Assembly: GCA_023920165.1 (NCBI GenBank)
Contig: CP089276.1
Coordinates: 2,108,001 to 2,172,000, forward strand
Length of the DNA: 64,000 nt
Origin: Curvularia clavata
Taxonomy: Eukaryota
Direction of reading: 5' to 3'
The position numbers and the translations under genes are program-made. Position 1 is the first letter of the stretch. Every line of letters starts with the position of its first letter. Shown here piece by piece: positions 24,023-36,179 of the stretch. The notes below the pieces were generated by a model that saw only the letters and a program-made list of their open reading frames with translations, was not told where the DNA came from and made no database searches.

Positions 24023-25409
24023 ATGAAAAGATCCGGTTCTACGCGTGTGGCGCGTAAGATTGGCAGCTACGACGATGACGACGAGTCTGCCGACAGCGCC
24101 AATAGCTCACAGAGCGAAGTACAGAAGCCTACAGGTTAGTCGCAAATTGTTCGCGATTGCCAACCTTTCTGACGTTGGGAAAACTCGCAGCGACCCTCTC
24201 CAGGCCCACCTGAAAGCTGGCAAAGGCTCTGTGCTAACTGGCCTTGTAGTCGTCAAGCGGCCTGCGCTTGGTAAATCAAAGAAGCGCTCTTCACTAAGGA
24301 TATCCTTTGGCGCTGGGGAGGACGGCAATGGTGGCGAAGAATCGAGCGACTCCGCCGTCGTGACGCCGAAAAAGGCAAACCTCAGTCGCATAGCCTTGGA
24401 GAAGAGCGCGCAACTACGAGCTCGCTCACCACTCGTATCCGAAACGGCCAAACCGACCGAATACAGTAAGGACTACATTGCCGAACTACGAAACTCAACG
24501 CCATCAACACCAAGAGACCTAAAAGTGTCCGGTGACGAAGAAGAGGAAAGTCGCGCTTTGGATATCGCCTCCAAGTTCGGGCCTATCGCGTCGCTCGAGA
24601 CCTCGTCCGCAATTCCTACAGAAGCCGAGATACAGGAGAAGAAGGCACGAAGGCGGCGTTTGGCACAGGAAGAGAAGGCGTTTGACGACGAGGATCAGGC
24701 CTGGGCATCCGACGATCAAGGAGAGGACGAGTTCAGACAACACAGAAATGAGATTTCTCTGCGACCTAAAGACAAGTGGGGGGAGAGTCGCTTGATCCAT
24801 GACGACGAAGATATTGCAGAAGGCTTTGACGATTTCGTAGAAGATGGCAAGATAGCACTCGGTCGCAAGTCAGAAAAAGAAGCGCAGAGGAGGCGGCGAG
24901 CGGAAATGGCAGAGCTCATCAACGACGCGGAGGGCGCATCAGGAGATGATGGATCCAGCGACTCTGACGAAGAGCGAAATCATGCCTTTGCTGCAGCCCA
25001 AGCACGCGCAGGACGATACGGCCAGAAGATCGAGGACGAGGACGACGGAACCAGAACACCGCCTCGGATCACGCCTCTACCTGACTTGGATGATGTCCTC
25101 CAAGGTCTTACCATCGACATACAGGCAAAGCGGCAAAGAAAAGACTTGATTCTACAGAAGCTGCAAGACCTCAAGGACGACGCGACGAGGATCGAGGAAC
25201 GGAAAAAGTACCTCCAAGAACAGCTGCAGAAGACGGGTGAAGAGTATGAGAAGTTGCGTCAGGAGTCGGGTCTTCCAGCGCTGCCTGGTACCGGCATGGA
25301 GGGAGGAGGCCGACTCATTACAGAAAGAGGACTGGACAGCCTGGGCACTACGCCTCTGGCTGGTACACCAGCAGCTGGCACATCTAACGAGAACTCGGAT
25401 AATGAGTAG
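24023..25409 (+). CDS. NTR2: Nineteen-complex-related protein 2 (Ntr2)-like spliceosome disassembly factor; intron 24135-24249
   Basis: MKRSGSTRVARKIG start; KKRSSLRISFG, YSKDYIAELRNSTPSTP, IPTEAEIQEKKARRRRLA, EGFDDFVEDG.IALG, PP.ITPLP, C-terminal coiled coil. Confidence 0.8.
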
Positions 25410-25691
25410 TGTTTGGTTTGAATCGCGAGGCTTTGTTGGTTCGCAGTTGGATGTGCGAGCCCTAGCCTTTGTAATAGTACAGATTTTCCTACCAGTTGCT
25501 CCATGACTCCTTGAAGATAGCATCATACAAACAGAGTAGACTCGAATAACCACAAGATGCATGTCCTCTGAAAACTCCCGTCCCAATGCTCTTCTCTCGT
25601 GGTGTGTAATCGTCACCAACAAATCCTTCTCACGGGCTTCTACCACACCCTTTCTCTCTCCATAGATCGACTGCCTCCCCCATGTATTGAC

Positions 25692-26028
25692 CTATTTGTT
25701 CTCATCCAACTCCTTCCACACCTTCTTTATCCTTTCGCGCTTTTCCTTTGCCGCCTCGCGGTTCTGGCGCGTGCGCTCAAGCCGGATACCGCGCAAGCAC
25801 ATGTTGACTTTGTGTTTAGCGTCGGTGCAGTTGCCGGTGACTTTCCAGAGGAAGCCGTGCGCGTGGCATTCTTCGAGGGCGGCGACAACTTCGGCGCAAC
25901 CTGAGTGTGCCGAGGTTAGCTGGGATATCTCTGTGTGTGGATGTAGTTTGAGAGGGGAGGGAGGGGATGCATGGGTGGGGTGAGGGCGCACTCTTTTGGA
26001 CTTCTTCGGTGTGGAGATGGGGGTGCAT
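25692..26028 (-). CDS. CMC2: Twin CX9C cytochrome oxidase assembly protein; intron 25901-25991
   Basis: MHPHLHT..|.CAEVVAALEECH...GNCTDAKHKVNMCLR, with two CX9C motifs and the MHPHL N-terminus. Confidence 0.9.
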
Positions 26029-26449
26029 GGTTAAGCTACGTAGTCTTGTATCAGTCAATTCGAGCTAGGAAGGCGTTGCTTTGTCTTGTGTACAAGTGTG
26101 TATCGTGGGTGGCGCGTGTTGAAGTTGCAGAGCAAAGAGAGCCAATCTGATCTCGGTTTCTTGGACGAATCGCTGGAGATCTTGCGAACTATCGACCCTA
26201 CGTCCGAGCGCGCCTCTCCTCGGCCTCGTGCTCCAACATTGGCCCTAGTTGGATACACGCTTTCGTTCGGAGATATTCGAGTAGATTGGTCATTGGCATT
26301 TCGGAAAATTCACTTGCGGGTAGTGTCCTCTTCGACTGATTGTGGGTGGCACTGTGTTGCCTGTTCGACAATCTTTTTTCCTTCCTTCTCCTCCGAGTTC
26401 CCCGCAACCAGGGCCGTCTCTCACTCACGCACACTCAACACAAGTCATC

Positions 26450-27137
26450 ATGGCCTCCCAAGCGCAGTTGAAGAAGCAACAAGGTACACAGGACGGATGT
26501 ATATTTTGAGAATGACTTCAAGCTGCTAACAAAGTGCAGAGCTTCAAACAACATACCAGAATTACAAAAACACGTTACAAACCATTGCCTCCAAGATTGG
26601 CGATATCGAGCAGGAATCTGAGGAGCACAAGTAAGTTTCTAAATTGTGTGTGAAGCATCAAATCCTGCTGCTTTGCCGTAGTTGTCACACCGCTTCTTCG
26701 GCGATCCAGCCCCTTGGCCTTTTAGAGAAGTTGTCTACTCTGACCCCCTCAAAAGCAGGCTGCTTTTGGTCAAGTCGTGGGCTGCACAAGGAATTTACTG
26801 ATATCTACTAGGCTTGTGCTAGAGACGCTGCAGCCACTTTCAGGCGACCGTAAATGCTTCCGCATGATCAATGGGGTCCTGACTGAGCGTACAGTCAAGG
26901 AGGTTGTCCCCATCTTGCAGACTAACTCAGAGGGTCTCAAGAAGGCGCTAGAAGAGCTAGTCAAGCAGTACAAGTCGAAGCAGGATGAGATGGAAAGTTG
27001 GAAGGTACGTATGCCTGTTGTGCTCAAATGTGGCACGTCATGATTGAGTCTTTTGATCTTGCAAGGGAAACGGACGGCTGACTTTGACATCGCAGAAGAA
27101 GAACAATATCCAGGTTGTTCAACAGCCCGGGCAATAG
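26450..27137 (+). CDS. GIM4: Prefoldin subunit 2; introns 26484-26539, 26631-26811, 27005-27095
   Basis: MASQAQLKKQQ|ELQ..Y..YK.TLQ.IASKIGDIEQESEEH|KLVLETL.PL..DRKCFRMINGVL.ERTVKEV.P.L...WK|KKNNIQVVQQ. Confidence 0.93.
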
Positions 27138-28852
27138 AAAGATGCCAGATCATGCGGCGCTTCTTTGACAGGGAGGGTACACGACGTATGCTTGGTTCAT
27201 TCCACGTGGGTTACTTCTAGTGTCAATGCGGCAGCATGTCGGCCAGCAGAGTCAGGAGAAATGGAGACGGGCCTTCACGGAAGAGTATAGCTCGCTCCGA
27301 ATCTGATTGTAGGGCCGCTGTAAAGGGCGTGACTCGGTGGCTAGATTTTGCAGAGCATGTCACGATATGACAGTACAGCTTCCCCCTGGCAAGTCGAGAT
27401 CGGACCCATGGGAGAGGAGTATGTATATAGCTCTGGTATTATAGCTCACATTACGATATACAGTATTGGAAATGTGATTAGTGAGGCAACGACAGCACGT
27501 CAGAGCAGTGCGATGATTGAGGACGTCAGTAACAGTGCGCGCCTACATGCCAGATGGACTAGCTACTGGCTGTATAGCTGACGAATGAAAAAGTGCTGAA
27601 GACTGGGGTTCGAGGCCGGACTGACAAGCAATTAGCACGTGCTCTGCACCCTAGGCAGTGCTGCACGATGAGCTGTCCAGTTGGGCCCGAGTGAGCTGAC
27701 GCACCGATCGGCAATCAGTGTACCATGACCGTGGACACGTAGCTCATAGGGTACCGGCTGTGATGTTTAGGCGAAGAGAAGGATGAACGGTGAAGTTCTG
27801 AGGCCGTTGGTGGCTAGCGCGAACGTCATGGAGCGGTGGAGAGAATAGTGAAGCTGAAGAGCAAGGCTGTACATGCAACCGAGCCCAACAAGAAGGATTC
27901 CAGACTGACGTCTGCAGACGGCTGGGGTCGTGCTGAGGATAAGACACGCTGGCCTAGGAAATCAAAAGGAATATGATGGAGGAGTGCAGGAGGAAGACTT
28001 GGCATGACGATGATGCGTGGGGCAGAGGTAAAGAGGCTCTTCTCTCCGTGTCTAGTTGGGTGCCGAGAGAGGTGTGGATAATAGAGCAGATGGCAGTGGA
28101 GTCTAGGAGTAGTCTAGGAGAATAGGCCCTGTAGGCGTGGCTTCGCGGATGGGGCAAAAGAGGGACTTGCAACGTGGGATTGCGTAGGGCTGTCGAATGA
28201 AAGCTGGTGGCACGGCTTGCATGGAGGATCGCCGACTAGCGCCTGGAGTTTGCAGGCGTGCTTTGACGACGGGCCGGTGGTAGTAGAGCCGAGGACAGGT
28301 CAGGCCTTTGGATGAGAATGGGCGGGCTCGGGCAGTGGTGCTGGTGCTGGTGCTGGTGCGGTTGAGAGGAATGAAGGGCGTACGAATAGGCTCGGGGCGG
28401 GCCGAGATTGGTGCGTACCAGTATCGGTACCGTGAGGTGGAGGGCAGAGCGGCCAGCGGACAATTGAATGGGCCGCGTCTGGGCAGGCAGGCAGGCAGGC
28501 GCACGCTACACGGGCAACGTCCAAGCTTCGCCCCCATCGCGGGCGCGCTCTGAGCTTCCCCCCATATCTTCTCCTCGCGCTCCTATTGGCAGGCGCGTTA
28601 CCATCTTGCTCACCTCGACTACCTTCGCGACCAAAGCGGACAGCTCGTGGAATCCATTGACCAGACCGACGCCCCTCTGCGCCCGAAGCACGCCCCAGAC
28701 CCAAGCTAGACGGTCGCCCTGCTCTCTTGCCCCAACGACTGCTTGCATATCGTCCCACGGCCAATCCATCGCCACGCCAGACAGCCATCGTCACACGGGC
28801 TATCAGGCTACCACCAGGTCGACAGGAACACACCAAGCCCCTCTGGATACGT

Positions 28853-29207
28853 GTAAGTGACCCTCACACGTCTCCAACTGGCCGACTGCCTGCCCTGTTG
28901 CCATCGCGCCTGCCCCCTCTGCCCACCGGCCGGTCGCTCTTGCCTGCGTTCCGTCCTGGGTGCAACAGTGGCACCTGCCTCTGTCGCGACCAGGAACCTG
29001 CCTCCGTCGCCGTTGCCGTTTCAGTCGCAGTCTCTGTCGCTGTTGCCCTCTCGGCCCGCTCACTTGCTCTTTGGCTGACTCGACAAGCAGTTCGCGTGTC
29101 CCCCGCCCTCTCCACTCGGTCGCAGCTACCCTCGTACGTCGTCAGCTGCTTCCCAAGCCCATCCTGTCTGCACTGCTTGCATGCCGCTAACCGTTTCCTC
29201 GTCTCAG
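28853..29207 (+). other. Probable 5'-UTR intron of hapC
   Basis: GTAAGT donor at 28853; GCTAAC branch then polypyrimidine TCTCAG acceptor at 29207. It would remove the only ATG (29181) in the ~860 nt before the start codon. Confidence 0.6.
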
Positions 29208-29338
29208 CATCCTCGTTACACCAGTGACCCGCAGCCTGCATACTCGGCCGCCAGCTCGCCCCATCTTCCTTCCCAGTGACGTGGTTGCCAACAAAATCGC
29301 CGCCAGCGCATACGCCTGCCGACCGCGCAACCGCTAAA

Positions 29339-30424
29339 ATGTCGGCCTCACCCCCAAAGCAGGAGGGCGTGGAACCAGTCCAGTCGCCTGACGAAGAACA
29401 GCCCATGGACCGGAACACAGAAGAGAACACAGGACAGATTGGCTACGAGTTTGAGGTCAAGGAGCAAGATCGATGGCTTCCAATCGCCAATGGTACGTCT
29501 GTTTCTCTTGCCCTCTCCTCCCCTCGTTGATTTGCCCGCCCCCGTCCTCCTATCTGCACGTCGACGAATGGCTCCAACCGCCGCACATCTCTCTCTGGAT
29601 GCCCGCAGAATCTCCCTCTCCACCCGTGTGTGCCTGCGTCGAATCGCCTAAATCTGTACTTTGCTCCAGCCACTCAGCGCTCTGCGGTACCTGGAAATTC
29701 CCCGACGTGCAGCCCAGCCATGTCGCCCTCTCCTCCACACTCATCTACTTCCCCGCCACAATTGACACCAAAGAGCTCAGGCACAAGTCCTGGTTCGGCT
29801 TCAGCTTCAGATGCTAACATACGTAACTTTGCTCCAGTTGCTCGTATCATGAAAATGGCTCTTCCCGAAAACGCCAAAATCGCAAAGGAAGCCAAGGAAT
29901 GCATGCAGGAGTGTGTGAGCGAGTTCATCTCGTTCATCACAAGCGAGGGTATGTGGTGTTTTTTCTTTCTTTCTTTCTTTCTTTCTCGAGCTACTTGTTA
30001 ATTCGATCCACAGCCTCCGAAAAGTGCCAACAGGAGAAGCGCAAAACGGTCAACGGAGAGGATATTCTCTTCGCCATGACCTCACTGGGCTTCGAAAACT
30101 ACTCGGAAGCTCTGAAGATTTATCTCTCCAGATACCGCGAAGTAAGCTGCCCCTTTTCCCTCTAACCCCCCTTCTTATCCTTCTTTTGTTGCCTATTGTT
30201 TGGCGAAAACGTTTATCTGAACTATTGGTATTGATTGGTGGTACGAGACCCTCCTCGCAAATCAGAACAAGCCACCCACTGGGCAGTTTGCAGCCGGGTC
30301 CGGCGGCCCCAATGCAGGCGGCCCCGAGAACCAACAGCATGTACTGAGCGGCGACTCCGAAATGGGCGACGATTCGACCGCCTTTGGATATCCAGTCCAC
30401 AACGGAAATGGCGCCGAGTACTAG
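29339..30424 (+). CDS. hapC: CCAAT-binding complex subunit HapC/Hap3/NF-YB; introns 29493-29837, 29949-30013, 30142-30247 (or 30265)
   Basis: [75 protein letters not shown] histone fold. Confidence 0.96.
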
Positions 30425-30976
30425 TCGCGCCCAGCTCTGGTGATCCCAAGGAACCTAGAGAAAAGGACTCTCATGAGAACGCCTGGCGAAACGAGTCAAA
30501 TTACCGAGGAAGAGCCTGGCGAAGGAATGATTATCAAGAAAGAACCTGTCACAGACTGAACGATCACCAGAACATAGTTGGATTGCGAAGAGCTAATGAA
30601 GAGTTGGGAGTGAGAATGCTGTTGCTGGTATCAGATTGTTCAAAGTGCGCATCTATCCCTCCTAGTCAGAATATCTGTCTGGAGGTCATGGTGTGCGGGA
30701 ACCGGGTACATGTTGTCTTGACAACATCTCATCTTGAGATGCTGTTATGGATTCTATATGGAAGAGTGGGAAAGAGAAGAGTACACGCAGAAGACCTAGG
30801 TATCTTATCTTCTTACTTGCTGGATTACTATTGGTCTAGATTTTATCCTTTGCTCACACGGGCCAACCAACATTCGTTATGTCTGGAAATCATACATGTA
30901 CAAAAGAAGAAAAAAAGGTTTTTTTTGTCGGAGCTGCAATCAGTAGAGTTTTGATTATGATGCGTGAAGAATGCTA

Positions 30977-32519
30977 CTACGAACGACTATACCCTGACGC
31001 CGACGCAGCTTGCCTTCTAGCTAAAAGCTCGCTCAGCGGAATGTTATCTTCCTGCTCATCGTAAAATTCGACGTCCTCGTCTACACCAAAGTCTTTTAGA
31101 CGCTCGCCCTCCGCATTGCGCCACGCAGCCTCTCCCTCTCGCTCCTTGTTATCATACTTGTTTCCAGACTCTTCCTCTTCTGCATCATCACTAGCATCAT
31201 CTCCGTACATGTACCCTCCCTCACCATCGCTAACGCTATGTTCTTCTCTCTCTCTGTCATCCGCCATCATCCCTTGCTGCATTTGACCACCATACGTCCT
31301 TCTCCTCCTCAACGCATCCTCAGCCTGCCTCGCCTTGAACGCCCTCACCGTCTCCTCCGCACTCATCTCCGGCGCCTCTGCAAAGCGAAACGCATCCGTG
31401 TTCGCCGCCTTTGGATTTCTCTTATAGGCGCGATCCGGGTCTGGCGGTGGCCACGTCGTGCCCTCATCTTCGAAGCCATTCGTTTCAAACGCCAGACCAC
31501 TGGCCAGACTGGGTGTTGCTGCAAAGGGATTCAACCACGAGATCGGATTCGCAGAGTTCATGCCCTGCACAATGTTGGCCCAGATGCCTATGTCGTACGG
31601 GAATTCCTGGCGGCGGATACGGATTTGCTGCGTACCGTCTGCAGAAGGCAGGTAGCCGCCAAATTGGCGTGCACGGCGCAGCAGCGTCTTGTGACGCTCG
31701 ATTTCCCAGCCCTCGATGGTGGTGGTGTTGACAGCGAGGCACCAGATGTTACGGAGGAAGAGAATGCCCAGGATAAAGAGGGTGATGCTGTTTACAATGA
31801 GGACGGTGAAGAGGTGGGAGAGTTGGAACATGGTGGGACCCAGGTAGGATGGCATGTCTGAGTTTGACCAAAGGTAGGAGAGGCGAATGAAAAGGAAGTA
31901 TTGAAGGAGGGAGAGACCGATGGTGGTGTAGAAGAGGAAACGTATGAAGTGCGGGAATGTGGTGTGGCTGACGCAGTTGTTGGTCCAGGGGCAATGGTGG
32001 TCCATTTTGGGTATGCATCTGAAGAGTTGGTCAGCTTGCTATCGGACTGAGATGATGTGTAGACAGTGATATGTTTGTCGTTCCAGAGGAGTATGGTCCC
32101 GAGCTCAACTTTCATGCACTCGTCTTACAATCTGGACAACTCGAGGGGAAAAAATAGACTTACCGCTTGCACTCCTTGCAATGATGTGCTCGCGGTGGTT
32201 TCGCAGCATCACATCGAAAACACCATTTCCTACTCTTTCCTAGCACCTCTTCCCCAGATTTCCCCCGTCGCTCTCTCTCGCCGCCCTTCCCATCCGCCTC
32301 CACAGCCCCCACATTCCAATCTTTTGGTATCGTACCAGCATCAACAAACACGCTCTTGGTATAAGTGACCATAATAAGCACTAAAAGGACATTTGACGCG
32401 ATAAGCTCGTTCTTGGTCAGGGGTGCTGGCTCAAGGTGCAAGAGCAAATATTGTGAGGGGTATCCCAGAAAGAAGATCAAGACATAGACAGCAGGCACAG
32501 CGAGCTGGGAGAGCTCCAT
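30977..32519 (-). CDS. PFA4: DHHC palmitoyltransferase; intron 32019-32163
   Basis: WC.RC.A.KPPRAHHCKECKR|CIPKMDHHCPWT.NCVSH.T.PHF.RFL, NTTTIEGWE, EFPYDIG, WPPPDP. Confidence 0.9.
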
Positions 32520-32776
32520 TGCAGGAGCATCTATGGAAAACAAAGGCGTGGTAGATGAGAAGAGATGGTGGGGGAGTGGTGTTCAGACTCTCGAGTTTCG
32601 TGTACAAGTGGATCGCGAAAGCACGTGATTGGCGGATTACCCAGGCCACGAAGCTGTAGTTGCTTCGTCCGCCCAACAATTCTCAAGACACGCCATCTGC
32701 ATTTGCTTCTTCATCACAAATCCCATTGTCATTCTCTGGCCTAAACGAAAGGTGTCTGAAGAGCCTGCTCAATGTC

Positions 32777-34597
32777 ATGGGTTCTTCTACGTGGCCTTTT
32801 CTTCTGCTTATCCCGGCGTTTGTATTGATACACCTGCTCGTGTCACCGTATACCAAGGTCGAAGAGTCGTTTAACATCCAGGCGGTGCATGACATCTTGG
32901 TGCATGGCGTACCGACTGAGAATGCGGACCAGTTTCTGACCGCGAATTATGACCATGTTTCTTTTCCGGGAAGCGTACCGAGGACGTTTGCTGGCGCTGT
33001 AGTGCTTAGTGGATTGAGTAGGCTCTGGGTTCCGCTGGTGAAGGATATGGCAGATGTGCAAGTGCTTGGTAGGTAACGCTATGATTTGATTGATTGTATC
33101 GAAGGCTGACTGTACGGTATAGTTAGGGCAGTGCTTGGACTGCTTAATGCGGCGTCGCTTGTTGCGCTTGGAAGAAGTGTGCAGAAGGCTTTTGGGACTA
33201 GTGCTGGAATCTGGTATGCACTGTTCCAGGCAAGCCAGTTTCATGCAATTTACTATGCTTCGAGGACGTTACCCAACATGTTCGCTTTCGTATTCAGTAA
33301 GTTTTCATCGTGTTGGTAGCGGACAACCCGGCTAATTGGTATAGGTAATATGGCATTGCGAAGCTTAATACTCGCATGTAATATGCCCAGCACATCTCCA
33401 AGCATCCCAAGACACTATCGGCTGAGTCTATATCTACTCACTCTTGCTGGAGTCATCTTCCGGTCTGAACTGGCTATCCTCGTTGGGACTATCACCGCCT
33501 ATCTATTCCTCACGCGCGGGATATCGATCACAAGCGTCATCATCCCGGCTGGTATCGGAGGTCTCATTATCGGTCTCATCTGCACGGTACCTCTTGACTC
33601 TTTCTTCTGGCAATCCTTCCCACTATGGCCCGAGTGGACAGGTTTCTACTACAACACAATCCAAGGAAATTCGGCTAATTGGGGTGTCTCACCTTGGTAC
33701 TACTATTTTGCAAACGCATTACCTCGATTGCTGCTCAACCCTTTGACTTATCTATTGTGCATACCGATAGCAGCCCTGAATCCGGCAAGCAGGAGACGAA
33801 GCTGTGACTTACTTGTTCCTTTGCTCAGCTTTGTGGGAGTGTATAGCTTCCTTCCACACAAGGAGTGGCGTTTTATCCTCTATGTAATTCCAGGACTGAC
33901 CACCGTAGCTGCAGACGGAGCAGCCTGGATTTGGACACGACGGTCAAAATCCATCGTATATGCTACGCTGAGCTTGGCTCTTGTTGGATCAGTCTTGCTG
34001 TCGTTCGTCGCCTCAACAGCTATCTTGGGTATTTCCAGTCTCAACTACCCCGGGGGTGAAGCGCTTCGTGCTCTACACAAAGAAATCGGGCACCCGCAAA
34101 ATCAGCACTTCAATGTATACTTTGACAATCTTGCGTGTCAGACAGGCGTCACACGTTTTCTGGAAGACCACAGAGGACCACAGACCGTTCTTGATGTTCT
34201 CGAAGAACAGAACACCCTGCAGAGCCGGACATGGACTTACGACAAAACCGAGGACCCAAGTGCGCTTCTAGACCCAATGTTCTGGACCAAGTTTGATTAT
34301 GTTCTCGCTGAGAGACCGGAGAGAGTCATTGGGAGTTGGGCTATTGTACATGTTGTGTACGGCTTCGGTGGGGTTAAACTTCTGGAGCCAGGTGAGAAAA
34401 GTGGCTCGCCGGTCGAGCCTTTGTATGATACGAGTGGTACCGATGTTGATGCGAAAAAAGACTGGACCGCACAGGTTGCAGCGACATGGCATGCGCTAGA
34501 AGGGCGTCTGAGAAATAGCTTATTGAGGGGTTATTGGGTGGAGATACGGATGGAACCAAAAATCCGTATTCTGCAAAATCAGATGAAGCAGGTGTAA
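32777..34597 (+). CDS. ALG12: Dol-P-Man alpha-1,6-mannosyltransferase (GT22); introns 33069-33122 and 33297-33344
   Basis: PYTKVEESFNIQA.HD, YDH..FPGSVPRTF, YYASRTLPN, IFRSE, PHKEWRF, NYPGG.AL, QTGVTRF, YDKTE. Confidence 0.95.
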
Positions 34598-34819
34598 TAC
34601 ATACGGGCCAAGGTTCGTGAGTTTTATACAATCTAATACACTGAGCGTTGGTTGGAAGTATGGAGCACGTCCAAAGACCCTTGCTTTCCTTTATACCCCG
34701 CCACGCTTGCTCTGCCCCACCAAGCTCTCTCCTTCGCGTCCACTCCGTGACACTACACCCAGCGAAATACGTTGCCAGCACGTATATTGGCCGACAGTTT
34801 GATAAGGATTATCTTCAAA

Positions 34820-35579
34820 ATGTCGGACGATACAGTACCAAAACAAGTAATCTACTGCGGAAGTATGTCGACGTTGCTGCGGACGGTTCTTTCGATCATT
34901 AGCTAACAAGAAGCAGTATGCAGTCTACCACCTGAAGTAGGTATGACACTGAGACGCGTTTGCACTGAGTCTAGTATTAACCAGCTATTAATTAGTACTG
35001 CGAGTTCGGTGGAACAACAAAAAAGTGTGAAGAATGGCTCGCGGGCGCACATCCAGACCTTCATGCCAAGCTGTATTCTGCAGGTACGTACTGCTGGACT
35101 TCTCCAACGCGCTCGGTTTGCGCAACGACGCATATTGCAAGAGGATGTCTAACATTTATGCAGAGGCGCTACAGCAGAACATGGCCTCGCTTTCGGTTGA
35201 TGCCCAGAAACGCGCCGAAAAGGATGCCCAGAAGAAAGCCGCCAAAGCCGCGACCGCTGAGGCACGAGCAGCCGAGACACGCGCATCCTCCAAGATCCTC
35301 ATCAAGCGTATCGAGCGTAACAAGCGAAAATATGTGACTGCCGTGCAAGGCCTCGAGGCGTTTGGTCTCGACATTAAAAAGGTAGCCAAGGACTTTGGCA
35401 AGAAATTTGCGACCGGATCGAGCGTGACAAAGATCCCGGGTGGAGGCGAGGAAATCACGGTGCAAGGAGACTTGAGCGAAGACATACTAGAGTTCTTGGT
35501 AGAAAAGTACGAAGAGGTGCCAGAAGACAATGTAGAGTTGGTCGAAGACAAGAAGAAGAAGAAGGCTGAGGGAGGTTGA
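34820..35579 (+). CDS. TMA22: Translation machinery-associated protein 22 / DENR (SUI1 domain); introns 34863-34916, 34937-34995, 35084-35163
   Basis: VIYCG|ICSLPPE|YCEFG...C.EWL...HPDL zinc motif; IKRIERNKRKYVT.V.GL..F, KKFATGSSVTK, EI.VQGD. Confidence 0.94.
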
Positions 35580-36179
35580 ACACTTTTGATGCTAAGTGTA
35601 GGTGCGAATAGATACAACGCCGAGAAGCTTGGAGCGCGTATGACTCATGTATTCTAGCATAGGTGTCCAATTTGGTTGATGAGGAGTGGGCGATGAAGGT
35701 ACAGAATACGAAAGGCATAGGCTTCATGAGTCCAAGGCAGATCAACTGTAGATGAAGTAACTATCGAGTCAATGATAGCTTCGTTACTCAAGAAAGGTGC
35801 TGTTTGCTCTGACCAGTGATATCAGTACTCTTAATACGTGAGGGTTTAAAGGTTTGGCCGAGCATGTTTGATATCAGACTACCCATAAGCTCGCTAGGCT
35901 AGACAGCGGAGGTGATGCGGTGTCACGTGCTCTGGCTGCAGCCTTTCGAAGCTCCATCATTTAACTTTTCGAGATTCTGCCGCCGCTCACTTACATCCAC
36001 CTCCAGGGCGCGTCCACAGCCCGACAACACCCAATCGGACAACCTTTTTCTTTCCTTTGCTTTTGACAAGGCGACGATTTGTTCTTCGTCGTGTATTATA
36101 ATACAGCTCGCGCCTAGACAGGTCGAGGAGGCGAAACCAAAGGCGCAAGCAGCGCAATACTACGATACCCACCGCCACC

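Noticed and set aside
27598..27625. B-box-like GGTTCGAGGCC suggesting a tRNA
   Set aside because: No cloverleaf or paired acceptor and D stems can be built around it.
29493..29837. Stwintron (nested intron) in the long introns of hapC, NTR2, GIM4 or SmG
   Set aside because: Removing the candidate internal introns does not regenerate a valid donor sequence in the cases I tested.
32019..32163. Longer PFA4 intron as a TPP riboswitch or snoRNA host
   Set aside because: No TPP aptamer core and no C/D box pair is seen, and the host gene is unrelated to thiamine.
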